Assembly (NCBI GenBank): GCA_963843575.1
Contig: CAWJKZ010000014.1
Location: 704,001-768,000 of the forward strand
Direction: 5' to 3'
Origin: an uncultured Acidobacteriota bacterium
Lineage (GTDB): Bacteria; Acidobacteriota; UBA6911
DNA: 64,000 bases
Shown: positions 1 through 12,062 of the stretch, piece by piece
How positions within the stretch are numbered: position 1 is the first letter of the stretch
Layout: every line of letters begins with the position of its first letter
Notes under the pieces: generated by a model
What the model was told of the DNA's origin: nothing
Database searches by the model: none
What the model saw: the letters and a program-made list of their open reading frames with translations, nothing else
Program-made: the position numbers and the translations under genes

Positions 1-855
1 CATCCCGCAGCCGCAGGTCGAGATCGAAGCGCGCATCGTTTCCGCCACCCGCGACTTTGCCCGCGACATCGGCGTGCAGTTCGGCTTCGTCCAGGGCAAC
101 CTCGAACGGGTCAGCGTCGGCGGTCCGAACACGTTCGGGACCATCGGCGGCACCCGCCCGTCGGCAACCCCGACCAACACCTATGCCGCCGGCAATTCCT
201 CGACCGGCCGAGGCGCCTCGGAGAGCACCTCCAGCCAGAACGGGGGCGGTCAGCACGGGAACCTCGACCAATAACGCCGGGAACTACAACGTCAACCTGC
301 CGGCGCAGAAAGCATTCGGCGGACTGGGCATCTCGGTGGGCAACATCTTCGATACCTTCCTGCTCGACGCGGCGATCACGGCCGGGGAAACGAAGGGACT
401 CGCCAAGCTGATCTCCCAGCCCAAGGTGACCGCGCAGAACAACAGCGCCGCGACGATCACCCAGGGATTGCGCTTCCCCGTCCAGATCATCGCCAACAAC
501 ACGATCACGGTGCAGTTCCAGAACGCGGCCCTCACGCTGATCGTTACGCCCCAGATCACCTACGAGGGCAACGTGGTCCTGGACCTGAAGGTCGAGAACA
601 ACACTCCCGACTTCGCCAGAGCAGGTCAACGGCATCCCGTCGATTCGCACCTCCGAGTCGTCGACACGGGTGCTGGTGAGCGACGGCGGCACGACCGTCA
701 TCGGCGGCATCCTGATCGACAACGAAACCACCCAGGAGGACCGGGTCCCGGGCCTGGCGTCACTGCCGATTATCGGCAACGTGTTCAGACGCTCGGCGGT
801 GTCGCACAGCACGCAGGAAGTCCTGTTCTTCATCACACCGAGGATCATCAAGTAA
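1..855 (+). CDS. pilQ: Type IV pilus secretin PilQ, C-terminal part (5' truncated by window, frameshifted)
   Basis: Secretin motifs across frames: PQVEIEARIV, ISQPKVTAQNN, LTLIVTPQIT, VSDGGTTVIGGI...VPGLASLPIIGNVFR...LFFITPRII. Confidence 0.9.
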
Positions 856-863
856 CGGGGTTC

Positions 864-1218
864 ATGTTTCAGTCGATTCTGGCCAATCTGACCGCCCGTA
901 TCCGGGGAGCACGCTGGGCTATGCTCGTGGCCACCGACGGGGTGCTCCTCGAGAGTTCCCCCGCCGCGCTGCCCGACGGAGACGTTGTCGCCGCCGAGTA
1001 CGGGCTTCTCTTCAGGTGCGATGCACCGCACCGTCGCCAACAGTGGCGACGAACTGGCCGCCGCAACGCTCGCGACCCGTGGCAGCAGGATACTCTTCCA
1101 GGACCTCACCCCCGACTACTTCCTCCTGATTTTCCTGGAACCGGACGGCCATGCCGGCAAGGCCGCCTTCGAGATCGCACGTGCCCGCAGCACCCTCGAA
1201 CGCGAACTGGTCTTTTAG
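864..1218 (+). CDS. Roadblock/LC7 domain protein (frameshifted)
   Basis: MFQSILANL..IRGARWAMLVATDG joined to LTPDYFLLIFLEPDGHAGKAAFEI; typical position after pilQ. Confidence 0.7.
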
Positions 1219-1631
1219 CCAGTTCGCGTTCGGAATGCGGGGCCTCGCCCTGCACCCTGTCCCTCTCTCTCAACGATAGACATCATCATTCAACCGTCGC
1301 CCGGCAACGGGAGATCGAGTGGGCGAACCAGACCCCGGCCCTGAGGGGCCCCGGGCAAGCGGCGCCTGGGCGCCTCCGAAACTGAAATCTTTCGCGGCGC
1401 AGGGTGGAGATATGTGCAAAGTTCAGACTAAGCCGCCGCACCCCATATCCCGGTGCGCTTTACATCAAACGTCAATGGTGCTATGATCCCCGCCGTTTTC
1501 ACGGGTGCCGCAATTCGAGTGTGGACAGTACAACCGAAACGAGAGCCAAAATCGACCGGCGTGGTGGACATTTTCCGACGAGATTCCCGTTCTGGAACCG
1601 GTATCGTGGTCCAGACGCCCAAAACTCGCTC

Positions 1632-2130
1632 ATGAACATAAAAGAAGTCAAGGACCTGATTCAGGAAATACTCCAGAGCGACATCAGCGAGTTTGAACTG
1701 GAGCACACGGGCACGAAATTGAAATTGCGCCGTGGTTTCGGGCAGGCACAGGCGGTCGAAACGTCCTCGGTGCCCTCCGCTGTAGGCACCCCCATAGCCG
1801 CCGCGCCGCAGACGGTCCGGAAGGAAGAAGCCGTTCCAGGCACGACCGCACCCGAAGTTAAGGACGAGGACTCTGAGGCCGGCCTGCACATCATCACGTC
1901 ACCGATTGTCGGCACCTTTCTACCACGCTTCGTCACCGACGGCTCAGCCGTATCGTCAAAGATGGGCCAGATGGTCCAGGAAGGAGACAATCCTTTGCAT
2001 CGTCGAAGCGATGAAGCTGATGAACGAGATCCCTTCCGACGTCGCGGGCGAGGTCGTGCGGATCTACGTCGAAAACACCAGTCCGGTGGAATTCGGCCAG
2101 AAGCTGTTCGCGATCCGGCCCCGGAAATAG
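1632..2130 (+). CDS. accB: Acetyl-CoA carboxylase biotin carboxyl carrier protein (frameshifted)
   Basis: [10 protein letters not shown] start, ITSPIVGTF, biotinylation motif EAMKLMNEI. Confidence 0.92.
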
Positions 2131-2143
2131 GACCAGATCGACG

Positions 2144-3492
2144 ATGTTTCGAAAAATCCTGATCGCCAACCGGGGTGAAATCGCGCTCCGGATCATCTGC
2201 GCCTGCAAAGAGCTCGGGATCCCGACGGTCGCCGTCTACTCCCAGGCCGACCAGAACTCGCTGCACGTGCGGTTTGCCGACGAGGCGGTCTGCATCGGGC
2301 CTCCGCCCAGCTCGGAGAGCTACCTGAACATCCCGGCCGTGATCAGCGCCGCCGAAATCACCAACGCCGACGCAATCCATCCGGGGTACGGTTTTCTGGC
2401 CGAGAGCGCCTATTTCGCCGAGGTGTGCGAGGCGTGCGGCCTGACGTTCATCGGCCCGTCGCCCGAGGTGATCCGGCTGATGGGAGACAAGGAGACAGGC
2501 CAGGACGGCAATGCAGGAGGCCGGGCTGCCGATCGTGCCCGGGACGGGCCGGGTCCAGGGCCCGGCGGCCTCGATTCTTGCCGGCCGTCGAAGCAGATCG
2601 GGTATCCCGCTGATCATCAAGGCCGCCAACGGCGGCGGCGGCAAGGGCATGCGCATCGTCAACTCGGCTTCCGAACTGCCGGGAGCCCTGGAGATCGCAC
2701 AGAGCGAGTCGCTGTCGGCGTTCGGCTCGCCGGATGTGTACCTGGAGAAATACCTACCGACGGCGCGCCACATCGAGTTCCAGATCCTGGCCGACCACTT
2801 CGGCAATGTCGTGCACCTCGGGGAGACGGAGTGCTCGATCCAGCGCCGGTATCAGAAGCTGATCGAGGAATCGCCGTCACCCTACATCAAGCCGGAGACT
2901 CGCGCCGAGGTCGGCGCCCTGGTTGTAAACGCCGCACAGAATCGTGAATTACGCGAATGCCGGCACAATGGAGTTCATCTTCGACGACCAGGGCAAATAC
3001 TATTTCATGGAGATGAACACGCGAATCCAGGTCGAGCACCCGGTTACCGAAATGGTGACTTGCATCGACATCGTCAAGGAACAGATAAGGATAGCCGCGC
3101 GGCAGAAACTCGGGTTCGCGCAGGAGGATATCGTTTTTCGCGGCTCGGCGCTCGAGTGCCGGATCAACGCCGAGTGCCCCGACACGTTTCTCCCGTCCCC
3201 GGGCAAGCTCACCACCTTTTACCCGCCGAGCGGTTTCGGGGTCCGCGTCGACACGGCGGCCTACACCGAGGGTGAAGTCTCGCCGTACTACGATTCGCTC
3301 ATCGCCAAGGTGATCAGCTACGCCGGCACGCGCAAGGAAGCGATCAGCCGCATGCAACGGGCCCTGGGAATGATGGTCGTCGAGGGGATCAAGAGCACGA
3401 TCCCGCTGCACCAGCGCATCCTCGCGAGCCCGGGATTCCAGGAAGGGCGTTTCAACACGCGGTACCTGGATCAGCTCCGTTCGCGCCGATAG
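2144..3492 (+). CDS. accC: Biotin carboxylase (frameshifted across three ORFs)
   Basis: [54 protein letters not shown]. Confidence 0.95.
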
Positions 3493-3518
3493 CCTGCGGC
3501 TGCCAGGACGGGGGAATC

Positions 3519-4147
3519 ATGGCGTTTTCGCCGCCGAGGGTCTATCCGATCACCGACAAGCGCTCGCGCACGCCGATACTCACCTGTCAATCCTAAAGCA
3601 GCTTGTGCGCGGCGGCGCCACCCTCGTGCAGATCCGCGACAAGGAAACCCCGACCGGCGACCTCCTTCGAGACCTGAGACGTTGTGTCGAATTCGCCACC
3701 GAGCACGGCGTGCTTCTGCTGGTGAACGACCGCTGCGACCTCGTGCTCTGCACCGGCGCCGACGGGGTACACCTCGGCCAGGAAGACCTGCCCCCCGCGG
3801 CAGCCCGCAGGCTGCTCGGAGACGCGCGCGTAGTGGGCTACTCGACTCATTCGCTCGCGCAGGCGCGTGCCGCCGCCTCGTTGCCCGTCCAATACATCGG
3901 ATTTGGCCCGATCTACGAAAGCGCGACAAAACCGGGCACCAATCCCGTTACGGGGCTGCGGCTGCTGCGCCGTGTCTGCGCGGCCTCGGACAAGCCGGTG
4001 GTCGCCATCGGCGGCATCGGGCTGCAACAGGTGCGGGAAGTGCTCGATTGCGGCGCATGCAGCGTCGCCGTCATCTCGGCGTTGATGGGGGCCGCGAGCA
4101 TCTCCCGGCAGATGGAGAAGTTTATTCGCGCCACGGGGACAGGATAG
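3519..4147 (+). CDS. thiE: Thiamine phosphate synthase (frameshift near 5' end)
   Basis: VQIRDK, VNDRCD, ADGVHLGQED, GYSTH, VAIGGI motifs. Confidence 0.9.
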
Positions 4148-5249
4148 ACTTCGAGTACTCCGGGAAGGCTTCCACGATCAGGTCGGGGCCGGCTGCGAAC
4201 GTGCGGCGGATCCTGAAGCGCGGCGCCTCGGGAATCGAGGCGTACCCTTCGCCACTCACCGCCGGAACCGCCGCGCCGCCGAGCACCAGCGGGGCCAGGA
4301 TGAAGTAGAACTTGTCGACGAGGCCGTGAGAGAGGAACGCCCAGTGGGTCCGACCGCCGCCTTCGACCAACACGCCGAGGAGGTCGCGCCGGGCCAGTTC
4401 CCGCAGTACAAAACCGATCTCCGGTCGGCGCGGCTCCCCGCCCGGCCACGGGATCAGCTCAGCGCCCCGCCTTTCGAGTTCGGACCGACGCCTGCGCGGT
4501 GCACCCGTACTGCAGAATACGTGCACCGCACCCGGGTTGTCGAAGAGTCGGGCACCCGGAGGCGTCTTCAGATCGGTGTCGAGGATAGCGCGGGCCAGCG
4601 GCCGCCGTTTTCTCTGCATGCCACGATAGGTCAACTCGGGATTGTCCGCCAGAATCGTGCCGATTCCTACCAGCACGGCGTCCAACCGCAAACGCAGGCC
4701 CTGGGTGAAATCGCCGGCCTCCGGAGAGGTCAGGCGGTGCTCCTCACCGCGCGGGGCGGCGATGCGCCCGTCCAGCGACATCCCCACCTTGCTCACTACG
4801 AGCGGGCGTCCCGACGTGACTCGGCAGGCGAACGGCTCGATCAGTTCCGCGGCCTGCCGCTCCATGAGTCCCAGGTGGACCTCAACACCGTTGTTCCGCA
4901 AAAACTCGAGCCCGCGCCCCCCCACCTTCGGGTTGGGATCGATCAGGGCAACGACCGCCCGGCGGATGCCCCGCCGGACGAGCAGTTCGGCGCATGGCGG
5001 CGTCCGGCCTTGATGCGCGCATGGCTCGAGCGTGAGGTACGCGGTAGCCCCGCGGGAGCGCTCCCCAGCCTCTTGGATGGCGACGACCTCGGCATGGTCC
5101 AGTCTGCCGTAGTCGTGCCAGCCCCTGCCGACTATCTTCCCTCCCGCCACAATAACGCACCCGACACTCGGGTTGGGGCTCGCGCAACCGATCCCCTGCA
5201 GCGCCAGCCGCAGCGCGGCCTTCATGAATCGCCTGTCGGTATCAGCCAT
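4122..5249 (-). CDS. ribD: Riboflavin biosynthesis deaminase/reductase
   Basis: PNPSVGCVIV, HAE, TLEPCAHQGRTPPC, SLDGRIA, LVEGG. Confidence 0.95.
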   Translation of the reverse strand: MADTDRRFMKAALRLALQGIGCASPNPSVGCVIVAGGKIVGRGWHDYGRLDHAEVVAIQEAGERSRGATAYLTLEPCAHQGRTPPCAELLVRRGIRRAVVALIDPNPKVGGRGLEFLRNNGVEVHLGLMERQAAELIEPFACRVTSGRPLVVSKVGMSLDGRIAAPRGEEHRLTSPEAGDFTQGLRLRLDAVLVGIGTILADNPELTYRGMQRKRRPLARAILDTDLKTPPGARLFDNPGAVHVFCSTGAPRRRRSELERRGAELIPWPGGEPRRPEIGFVLRELARRDLLGVLVEGGGRTHWAFLSHGLVDKFYFILAPLVLGGAAVPAVSGEGYASIPEAPRFRIRRTFAAGPDLIVEAFPEYSKSILSPWRE

Positions 5250-5444
5250 GACAGTCGGGCTCCGAACAGTGATAAGATGCGGAGCCTATCACAGGCTGCC
5301 GCGCTTTCCGCAAGCGTTTTGCGCCACGCGCAGGGTCTGCGGCCTCTTGCCGTCGGCGTTCGTGTGTCCCGGGAATCTTCTGCTGAAAAAAGCCGAGAAC
5401 GGGGGGTAGTATTACCGAGGTCCTGCTTACGGAAAGGAATTGAC

Positions 5445-5909
5445 GTGGTCCAGATACTGGCGCTGCTTCTGGCGGCCGGACAGGCCGCGACCGCACCCCC
5501 CGCGCGAGTGAGCCCGACTATCGGGATGGTGGGCAAGCCCGGAACGGGCGCCGCTATCCTCGTCGGCTACTTCGTCCAGGGCAAACCGTGCCTGCCCATG
5601 AAGAAGTTCACCCTCGACGCCGGCTATGTCGTAAACATCAGCCCCAGCGGGCGCCACGTCGGGATCATCGTCGAGAAGAAGATTTCGATGCTGCTCGACG
5701 GCAAGACCGCAGTCGTCGACAACCACCAGGTTACTCTGCCAACGCCGCCCGTCTCTCGTGATAACGACTACTATCTGCCGCTGGAATTCTTCGAGAAGGC
5801 CTTTCCGGCACAATTCAGCTATAACCCGAGGTCCTCGGTCGTTCTGGCGCGGCTCCCGAGGAATAGGGTCTTGAAAGTCCCCATCCGGCCGCTGCCGTCG
5901 AAGCCGTAA
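5445..5909 (+). CDS. Exported hypothetical protein with a stalk/copper-amine-oxidase-N-like domain
   Basis: GAAAGGA RBS before GTG, signal-peptide-like N-terminus, AVVDNHQVTLPTPPV..DNDYYLPLEFF pattern. Confidence 0.5.
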   Translation: MVQILALLLAAGQAATAPPARVSPTIGMVGKPGTGAAILVGYFVQGKPCLPMKKFTLDAGYVVNISPSGRHVGIIVEKKISMLLDGKTAVVDNHQVTLPTPPVSRDNDYYLPLEFFEKAFPAQFSYNPRSSVVLARLPRNRVLKVPIRPLPSKP

Positions 5910-5931
5910 CGCGCCGGCACTCCAGCATCAT

Positions 5932-7221
5932 CTACGGTTCGGGAGTTGGTTCCGTGGCGGGCGCCGCGTAATGGAGGCGCACCCTGTGAACGCGTTTGCG
6001 GTCCGCGTCCAGGATGCGGATCCGCATTTCGTCTATGTCGAACTCCTCCCCCGGTGCCGGCACGCGCCCGAGGTACGACACGATCAGGCCGGCGACGGTC
6101 GAGCAATCCAGGCCGTCGAACTTCTTCCCCAGCAGTTCTCCCAGGCGGTCAAGTTCGGTGCTGCCCCGCAACACGTACGTTCCCGTCGCTTCCTCCACGA
6201 TTTCGCTCACCTTGACCTGGTCCTCGTCCCGGATGTCGCCGACGATCTCCTCCAGCAGGTCCTCCATCGTGACCAGCCCGGAAACGCCGCCGAACTCGTC
6301 GATCACGATGGCGATGTGGTCCCCGCGCTCCTGCATCTCCTTCAGGAGGGTCGACACGAGTTTCGTCTCGGGGACAAAATAGGCGGGGTGGACCAGCCCG
6401 GTAATGGGCTCGTTCTCTTTCCCGGGTTCGTAGTGCGCCAGCAGTTGTCGGATATAGCCGATTCCGATGATGTGATCCATGTCGCCGCGGAAGATCGGTA
6501 TGCGGGAATGCCGGTTCTGAACCATGACGTCGCGGAGTTGCGCGATGCTGGCGCTCTCCTCGCAGGCAACGATTTTGGTGCGGGGAGTCATGACTTCGCG
6601 CGCCAGCGTGTCGCCGAACTCGACGACAGACTGAATCAGCTTGCTGTCTTCCCTCTCGATGATACCCTCGTCTTCCCCGATCTCCAGGTAGGCCTGGATC
6701 TCTTGTCCGGTCGTCTCGGCGCTTGGGGGCTCTTCGGCCTTGGCCGCGTCGTCGTGCAGGCGCCGGGTGAAATTGAGCAGGCTCGACAGCGGCAGCGCAA
6801 AAGAGCGGAGCAGACTATAGGAGGGCCTGAACATGCGCAGCAGCAGGGGGATCTTGGCTTCAGGCGTGTTCTGAACCAGGAGCCGCGGCAAGAATTGCCT
6901 GAACAGCAGCGAAATCAGAAGTATGACACCGAACGAGTAGGCGACGCCCATGGCTTGCCACTGTTGCAGGCACAGATGGGTGGTCAGGATCGCCGTCACG
7001 ATCAGGCAGGCCTGGGTTCCGAAGTGGAGCGGCACCAGGATCTGGAGCTCGTCGTCAAGCACGAGGTCGAGGAGCGGCGGCGAAGGTTCGTCCTCGCGCT
7101 CGAGAATCATCCGGAGGGCAACGGGACTCGCCTGGGTGATCGCCGCTTCCACGAGTGAGAGGAAGAACAGAAATCCCAGACAGACGGCGATTACGGCCAG
7201 TTCCAGATAGATGTAGCTCAT
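5932..7221 (-). CDS. Hemolysin/CorC family protein (DUF21-CBS-CBS-CorC_HlyC)
   Basis: N-terminal TM helices, [44 protein letters not shown]. Confidence 0.92.
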   Translation of the reverse strand: MSYIYLELAVIAVCLGFLFFLSLVEAAITQASPVALRMILEREDEPSPPLLDLVLDDELQILVPLHFGTQACLIVTAILTTHLCLQQWQAMGVAYSFGVILLISLLFRQFLPRLLVQNTPEAKIPLLLRMFRPSYSLLRSFALPLSSLLNFTRRLHDDAAKAEEPPSAETTGQEIQAYLEIGEDEGIIEREDSKLIQSVVEFGDTLAREVMTPRTKIVACEESASIAQLRDVMVQNRHSRIPIFRGDMDHIIGIGYIRQLLAHYEPGKENEPITGLVHPAYFVPETKLVSTLLKEMQERGDHIAIVIDEFGGVSGLVTMEDLLEEIVGDIRDEDQVKVSEIVEEATGTYVLRGSTELDRLGELLGKKFDGLDCSTVAGLIVSYLGRVPAPGEEFDIDEMRIRILDADRKRVHRVRLHYAAPATEPTPEP

Positions 7222-7718
7222 GCGGCCCGCCTGGGTGTGATGAGTGGTCCGGGAGCCGAGGCGGGTTTGCGACGCAGAACCGCGCCCTGCAGCCGCATCA
7301 TGGTGCCGTCGTCGGATTCATGGTCATACCCGAGCAGGTGTAGCATCCCGTGAACCAGCAACTTCCGGATTTCGCGATCCAGGGTAGTCCTCCAGCGGCG
7401 CGCGTGCACCTCCGCGACCCCGGGGGCGATCACAAGTTCCCCCAATAGCGGCGCTCCTTCGACAGACGCTTTCCCGTACCCGAAACTGAGCACGTCGGTA
7501 GCGCGATCGCGGCCGCGGAAGCGGCGGTTGATAGCCCGCATGCTCGAGGGCCCAACGAACGCGACCCAGAGGGATCGCCCGGGCCTGTCGAGGGTGTCGA
7601 GTATCGCACTGCAGAAGGCCGCCACCGCTCGTGAGTCGATTCTAAATCGCTTTTGCCGGTCTTGGACCTGAATTCTGCAGCGCTTTTTCGGCCTCGATAC
7701 CGCTCTCGCTGAAGTCAT
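7218..7718 (-). CDS. ybeY: rRNA maturation endoribonuclease YbeY (start uncertain)
   Basis: TDVLSF and HGMLHLLGYDH motifs. Confidence 0.92.
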   Translation of the reverse strand: MTSARAVSRPKKRCRIQVQDRQKRFRIDSRAVAAFCSAILDTLDRPGRSLWVAFVGPSSMRAINRRFRGRDRATDVLSFGYGKASVEGAPLLGELVIAPGVAEVHARRWRTTLDREIRKLLVHGMLHLLGYDHESDDGTMMRLQGAVLRRKPASAPGPLITPRRAA

Positions 7719-9987
7719 ATCCCGGATAATCGATGCGGCGGTGGTATATGCCGGACAGGATCTTGAAGAAGCTTTCCTTGACCAGGCGGATGTCGCGGAG
7801 CGTGATGTCGCATTCGTCGAACTGGTCGTCGGCCACGATGGCGTCGACCAACCGGTTGATCATACCCTGAACCTGAGCCGGCGTAGGGTTGGAAAGGGTG
7901 CGCGAGGCAGCCTCCACGGAGTCCGCCATCATGATAATCGCGGCCTCCTTGCTCTGGGGTTTGGGGCCTGGGTAGCGGAAGTCTCCCTCGATGATTTCCT
8001 GGTTCTTCAGGTCGAGGGAGTCTTTCGCCTTCTGATAGAAGTAGGTCATGACCCTCGTGCCGTGGTGTTGGGGGATCATGTCGCGGATTTTCTGCGCCAA
8101 CCCGATTTCCCTGGCCAGTTCCAGGCCGTCCTTCACGTGGCTCGCGATGATGAGGCAGCTCATGGAGGGTGACAGGGTTTCGTGCTTGTTGATGCCGAAG
8201 ACCTGGTTCTCCACGAAATATTCGGGTTTGAGCATCTTGCCGATGTCGTGGTAATAGGCGCCGACGCGGGCGAGCAGCGGGTTTGCCCCGATTGCCTCCG
8301 CCGCGGCCTCGCCGAGTGTTCCGACCATGAGGCTGTGGTGGTAGGTGCCGGGCGCCTCGACCGAGAGCCGGCGCAAGACCGGGGCGTTCATGTTCGACAG
8401 CTCGAGCAAACGCACGTCCGTCGTCACCTTGAAGAGCGACTCGAGGACCGGCAGGAGCATGGAGGCCAGGGTCGAGGTAAGTATGCCGCTGACGAGCGCG
8501 ACGCCGAGCTTCCCCGGCGCCTCGGACAGCTGGAACGGACCGAGACGCAGGAGATCGATCGCGATCAGTGCACCCCAGTTCATCACTCCGATCGTGAGTC
8601 CTGCCTTGAGTATGGCCGCCCGGTCTTTGTATTGGCGGATGCTGTAGATGCCCACGAAGCTGCCGACCAGCGTGTAGCCGGCGAGATGAATGTCGCCGTA
8701 GAAGAGGCCGATCAGCACCGAAATGATGACGGAGCTCATCACGCCGAGATTGGTATCGACCAGGAGCGTGACGAGCACTGTCCCGAACGCGAACGGGATC
8801 GCGTAATAGAGGTTGAACGGGTCGCGGAAGAGATCGAGCGAGATGCGATCGCTGAGGATATCGGCCAGCGCGGTCAGGATGCGGGTCACCCCGAGCAGAC
8901 CGACGATGATCAGGAGTATGAGGACCGTGTGGCCGCGGATCTTGCGGTGGCGCGTCTGGTAGAAGACGAAATAGCGCCAGATCGAGTAGGTGAATACCAG
9001 TGCGAAAAAGAGGAAACCGAGCGATTGCCGGGCGAGGGACCTGGGCCGCTGCAGGTTGCGCAGGGCCTCGAGCTGGGTCACCGTGCTCTCGCTCACCTCC
9101 TCGCCGGCACGGACGATAACCTTACCCTGGCGGATCTGCGTTTCCACCGGCGTCACCTGCGCGGCGGCGGATTCGCGCCGCGCATTCGTGTCTCGCTCGC
9201 GGTAGGTGAGTGTCGGGACGAGCACCCCTTCCATGTATTGGATGAGCGCCGCCCTGTCCTGCGCCTGCAGTGCGGAGAACTCGAGGTGGAACTGGCGCAG
9301 GAAATCCCGGGCACCCGCCAGATCCCGTACCATGTAGGCTTCCGTCACGGGTCGGCCGAGCGGGGTGATATTGTCGCGCAGGGTTATGCCGGTGCGCTGG
9401 TCCTTGGCAAACTGGCCGCGGTCCGTCACGATGCCGGCGCGCATGACCGTATCCAAAACCTTCAGGACCTGTCCTTCCAGCTCCGGGTTAAACCGCTGAC
9501 GTAGAAGAACGGGCAGAATGCTCGCGGGGAATGAGCCGCCGGCCTCCCGTTCCAGCTCCTGCAGCACCTGCTCCTGTTCAATCCTGCGCAACTGCCCTTT
9601 CGGCGGGACGTTCTTGCGCGCGAGCACATTCCGGGCGGAGGCGAACGCCCGGGCGATTTCCGCCTCGCGGCGGGCGATCCTATCCGAGTCGAGCTCGTAG
9701 ATCGCCGGGATCGCTGCGCGTGCAATCTGTCGTCGCTGCTCGGTTGCAGGCCGGTCGACGTAGGTGACGTCCTGCAGCGCCCGCACGTCCTGGTTCGCAA
9801 TGGCGCCGACCTTCAGATCGGGGATGGACTGGTAGCGGAAACCGACGAGCAGGCTGGAGATAACCAAGGCCGCAGCAAAACCGACCAGGAGATCCAGCCA
9901 GGTGAGTCCCGCCCGGACGTTGTCGAAGAGTTTTGCGGCTTTGCTGGGGGGCCGTTCTCGCTTCGCGAGTTTGGCGACTTTAGGCAT
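7642..9987 (-). CDS. 7TM HD-family phosphohydrolase (PgpH-like c-di-AMP phosphodiesterase)
   Basis: Extracellular domain, 7 TM segments, APGTYHHSL, YHDIGK, HHGT, MMADSVEAA; upstream of ybeY. Confidence 0.88.
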   Translation of the reverse strand: MPKVAKLAKRERPPSKAAKLFDNVRAGLTWLDLLVGFAAALVISSLLVGFRYQSIPDLKVGAIANQDVRALQDVTYVDRPATEQRRQIARAAIPAIYELDSDRIARREAEIARAFASARNVLARKNVPPKGQLRRIEQEQVLQELEREAGGSFPASILPVLLRQRFNPELEGQVLKVLDTVMRAGIVTDRGQFAKDQRTGITLRDNITPLGRPVTEAYMVRDLAGARDFLRQFHLEFSALQAQDRAALIQYMEGVLVPTLTYRERDTNARRESAAAQVTPVETQIRQGKVIVRAGEEVSESTVTQLEALRNLQRPRSLARQSLGFLFFALVFTYSIWRYFVFYQTRHRKIRGHTVLILLIIVGLLGVTRILTALADILSDRISLDLFRDPFNLYYAIPFAFGTVLVTLLVDTNLGVMSSVIISVLIGLFYGDIHLAGYTLVGSFVGIYSIRQYKDRAAILKAGLTIGVMNWGALIAIDLLRLGPFQLSEAPGKLGVALVSGILTSTLASMLLPVLESLFKVTTDVRLLELSNMNAPVLRRLSVEAPGTYHHSLMVGTLGEAAAEAIGANPLLARVGAYYHDIGKMLKPEYFVENQVFGINKHETLSPSMSCLIIASHVKDGLELAREIGLAQKIRDMIPQHHGTRVMTYFYQKAKDSLDLKNQEIIEGDFRYPGPKPQSKEAAIIMMADSVEAASRTLSNPTPAQVQGMINRLVDAIVADDQFDECDITLRDIRLVKESFFKILSGIYHRRIDYPGYDFSESGIEAEKALQNSGPRPAKAI

Positions 9988-10133
9988 TCTTGCATCTGCC
10001 CCGTAGAGTAATTAAGTATAGCACACCTATACACTTGCCAGAGGGCCGGCCCGGCTCAGGCCGACGGGGAGAAACGTTTCGTGAGATGGGGAGGTCGGGG
10101 CCCGCCTCTGCGGCCGCGGGCCCGGGGGCGCCG

Positions 10134-11114
10134 TCACGACGATTTCAGCTTTTTCACTTCTTCGGTGAGCGCGGGAACGATGGCGAATAGGTCGCCGACG
10201 ATGCCGTAGTCCGCCAGCTTGAAGATCGGGGCCTCGGGATCCTTGTTGATGGCAACGATGTACTTCGAAGAGGACATCCCCGCCAGGTGCTGGATCGCCC
10301 CGCTGATCCCACAAGCGATGTAGAGTGTCGGAGAGACGGTCTTCCCCGTCTGCCCGACCTGGTGCTGGTGGTCGATCCAGCCCGCATCCACCGCCGCGCG
10401 CGACGCTCCCATGGCACCGCCGAGCGCATCGGCCAGCGCCTGGATCAACGGGAAATTCTCCGGCCCCTTCAGCCCGCGCCCGCCCGACACGACAACGCCC
10501 GCTTCCGTCAGCTCCACCTTTTCGCCCGCGGAGCCCTGTAATCCGACGACTTTCGCCCTGATCCCGTCGGGCGTTATGTCGGGCGTGAAGTCCTCGTTTT
10601 CAGCGGAGCGAGCCATCCCAGGGGTATTCAGGGCGAAGACGTTGGGGCGGAGTGTCGCGACTGCCGGGGACAGCGTGAAGCGCACGCGGCTGAGAGCCTT
10701 CCCCGCATAGACGGGCCGGACACACTCGAGCTCGCTGCCGACCAGCCTTGCTTCCGTGCAGTCCTGCGCCAAACCGACCCGCAACCGGGCGGCGACCCTG
10801 GGCAGGAGGTCGCGTCCGAGCGCAGTCGCCGAGCCGAGGATGACGCGAGGCTTCTTCCGGCTGGACAACTGCGCGAGCGCCGCAGTGAATCCTTCGGTGG
10901 AATAGACATCGAGCAATTCGTGCCGGGCGCGCACCACGAGGTCGGCTCCCTGCTGCGCGAGTTCCGGGGGAAACTCGCCCGGCCCGACGCATACCGCGGT
11001 GACGACTTCGCCGAGTCCGTCCGCCAGCCTGCGCGCGGTCGCCAGAGCTTCGAGAGAGGACTTCTTGATGGCCCCTTGCCTCTCCTCGATGAACACCAAT
11101 ACTCCCTGCGCCAT
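10134..11114 (-). CDS. etfA: Electron transfer flavoprotein alpha subunit
   Basis: [47 protein letters not shown]. Confidence 0.95.
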   Translation of the reverse strand: MAQGVLVFIEERQGAIKKSSLEALATARRLADGLGEVVTAVCVGPGEFPPELAQQGADLVVRARHELLDVYSTEGFTAALAQLSSRKKPRVILGSATALGRDLLPRVAARLRVGLAQDCTEARLVGSELECVRPVYAGKALSRVRFTLSPAVATLRPNVFALNTPGMARSAENEDFTPDITPDGIRAKVVGLQGSAGEKVELTEAGVVVSGGRGLKGPENFPLIQALADALGGAMGASRAAVDAGWIDHQHQVGQTGKTVSPTLYIACGISGAIQHLAGMSSSKYIVAINKDPEAPIFKLADYGIVGDLFAIVPALTEEVKKLKSS

Positions 11115-11249
11115 CACCCCTCCTTGCCCGCGGTGGCTCCCGGCAAAACGCCGGGCTGGAACCTGCATCCAAGACCACCCTGCAGCCTGAAAACCCGAAT
11201 GGGTAAACCTCGCGTTATTCCTTGCCCGAAAGCCATGACCGATGCGTGT

Positions 11250-12026
<777 letters not shown>

Positions 12027-12062
12027 AGGGTGCCTCACCTGACTGGCAATTCGGACGCGCTC

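Noticed and set aside
1220-1630. Possible structured ncRNA between the roadblock gene and accB
   Set aside because: Only short GC-rich complementarities (CACCCTG/CAGGGTG); no RNA family I can recognise.
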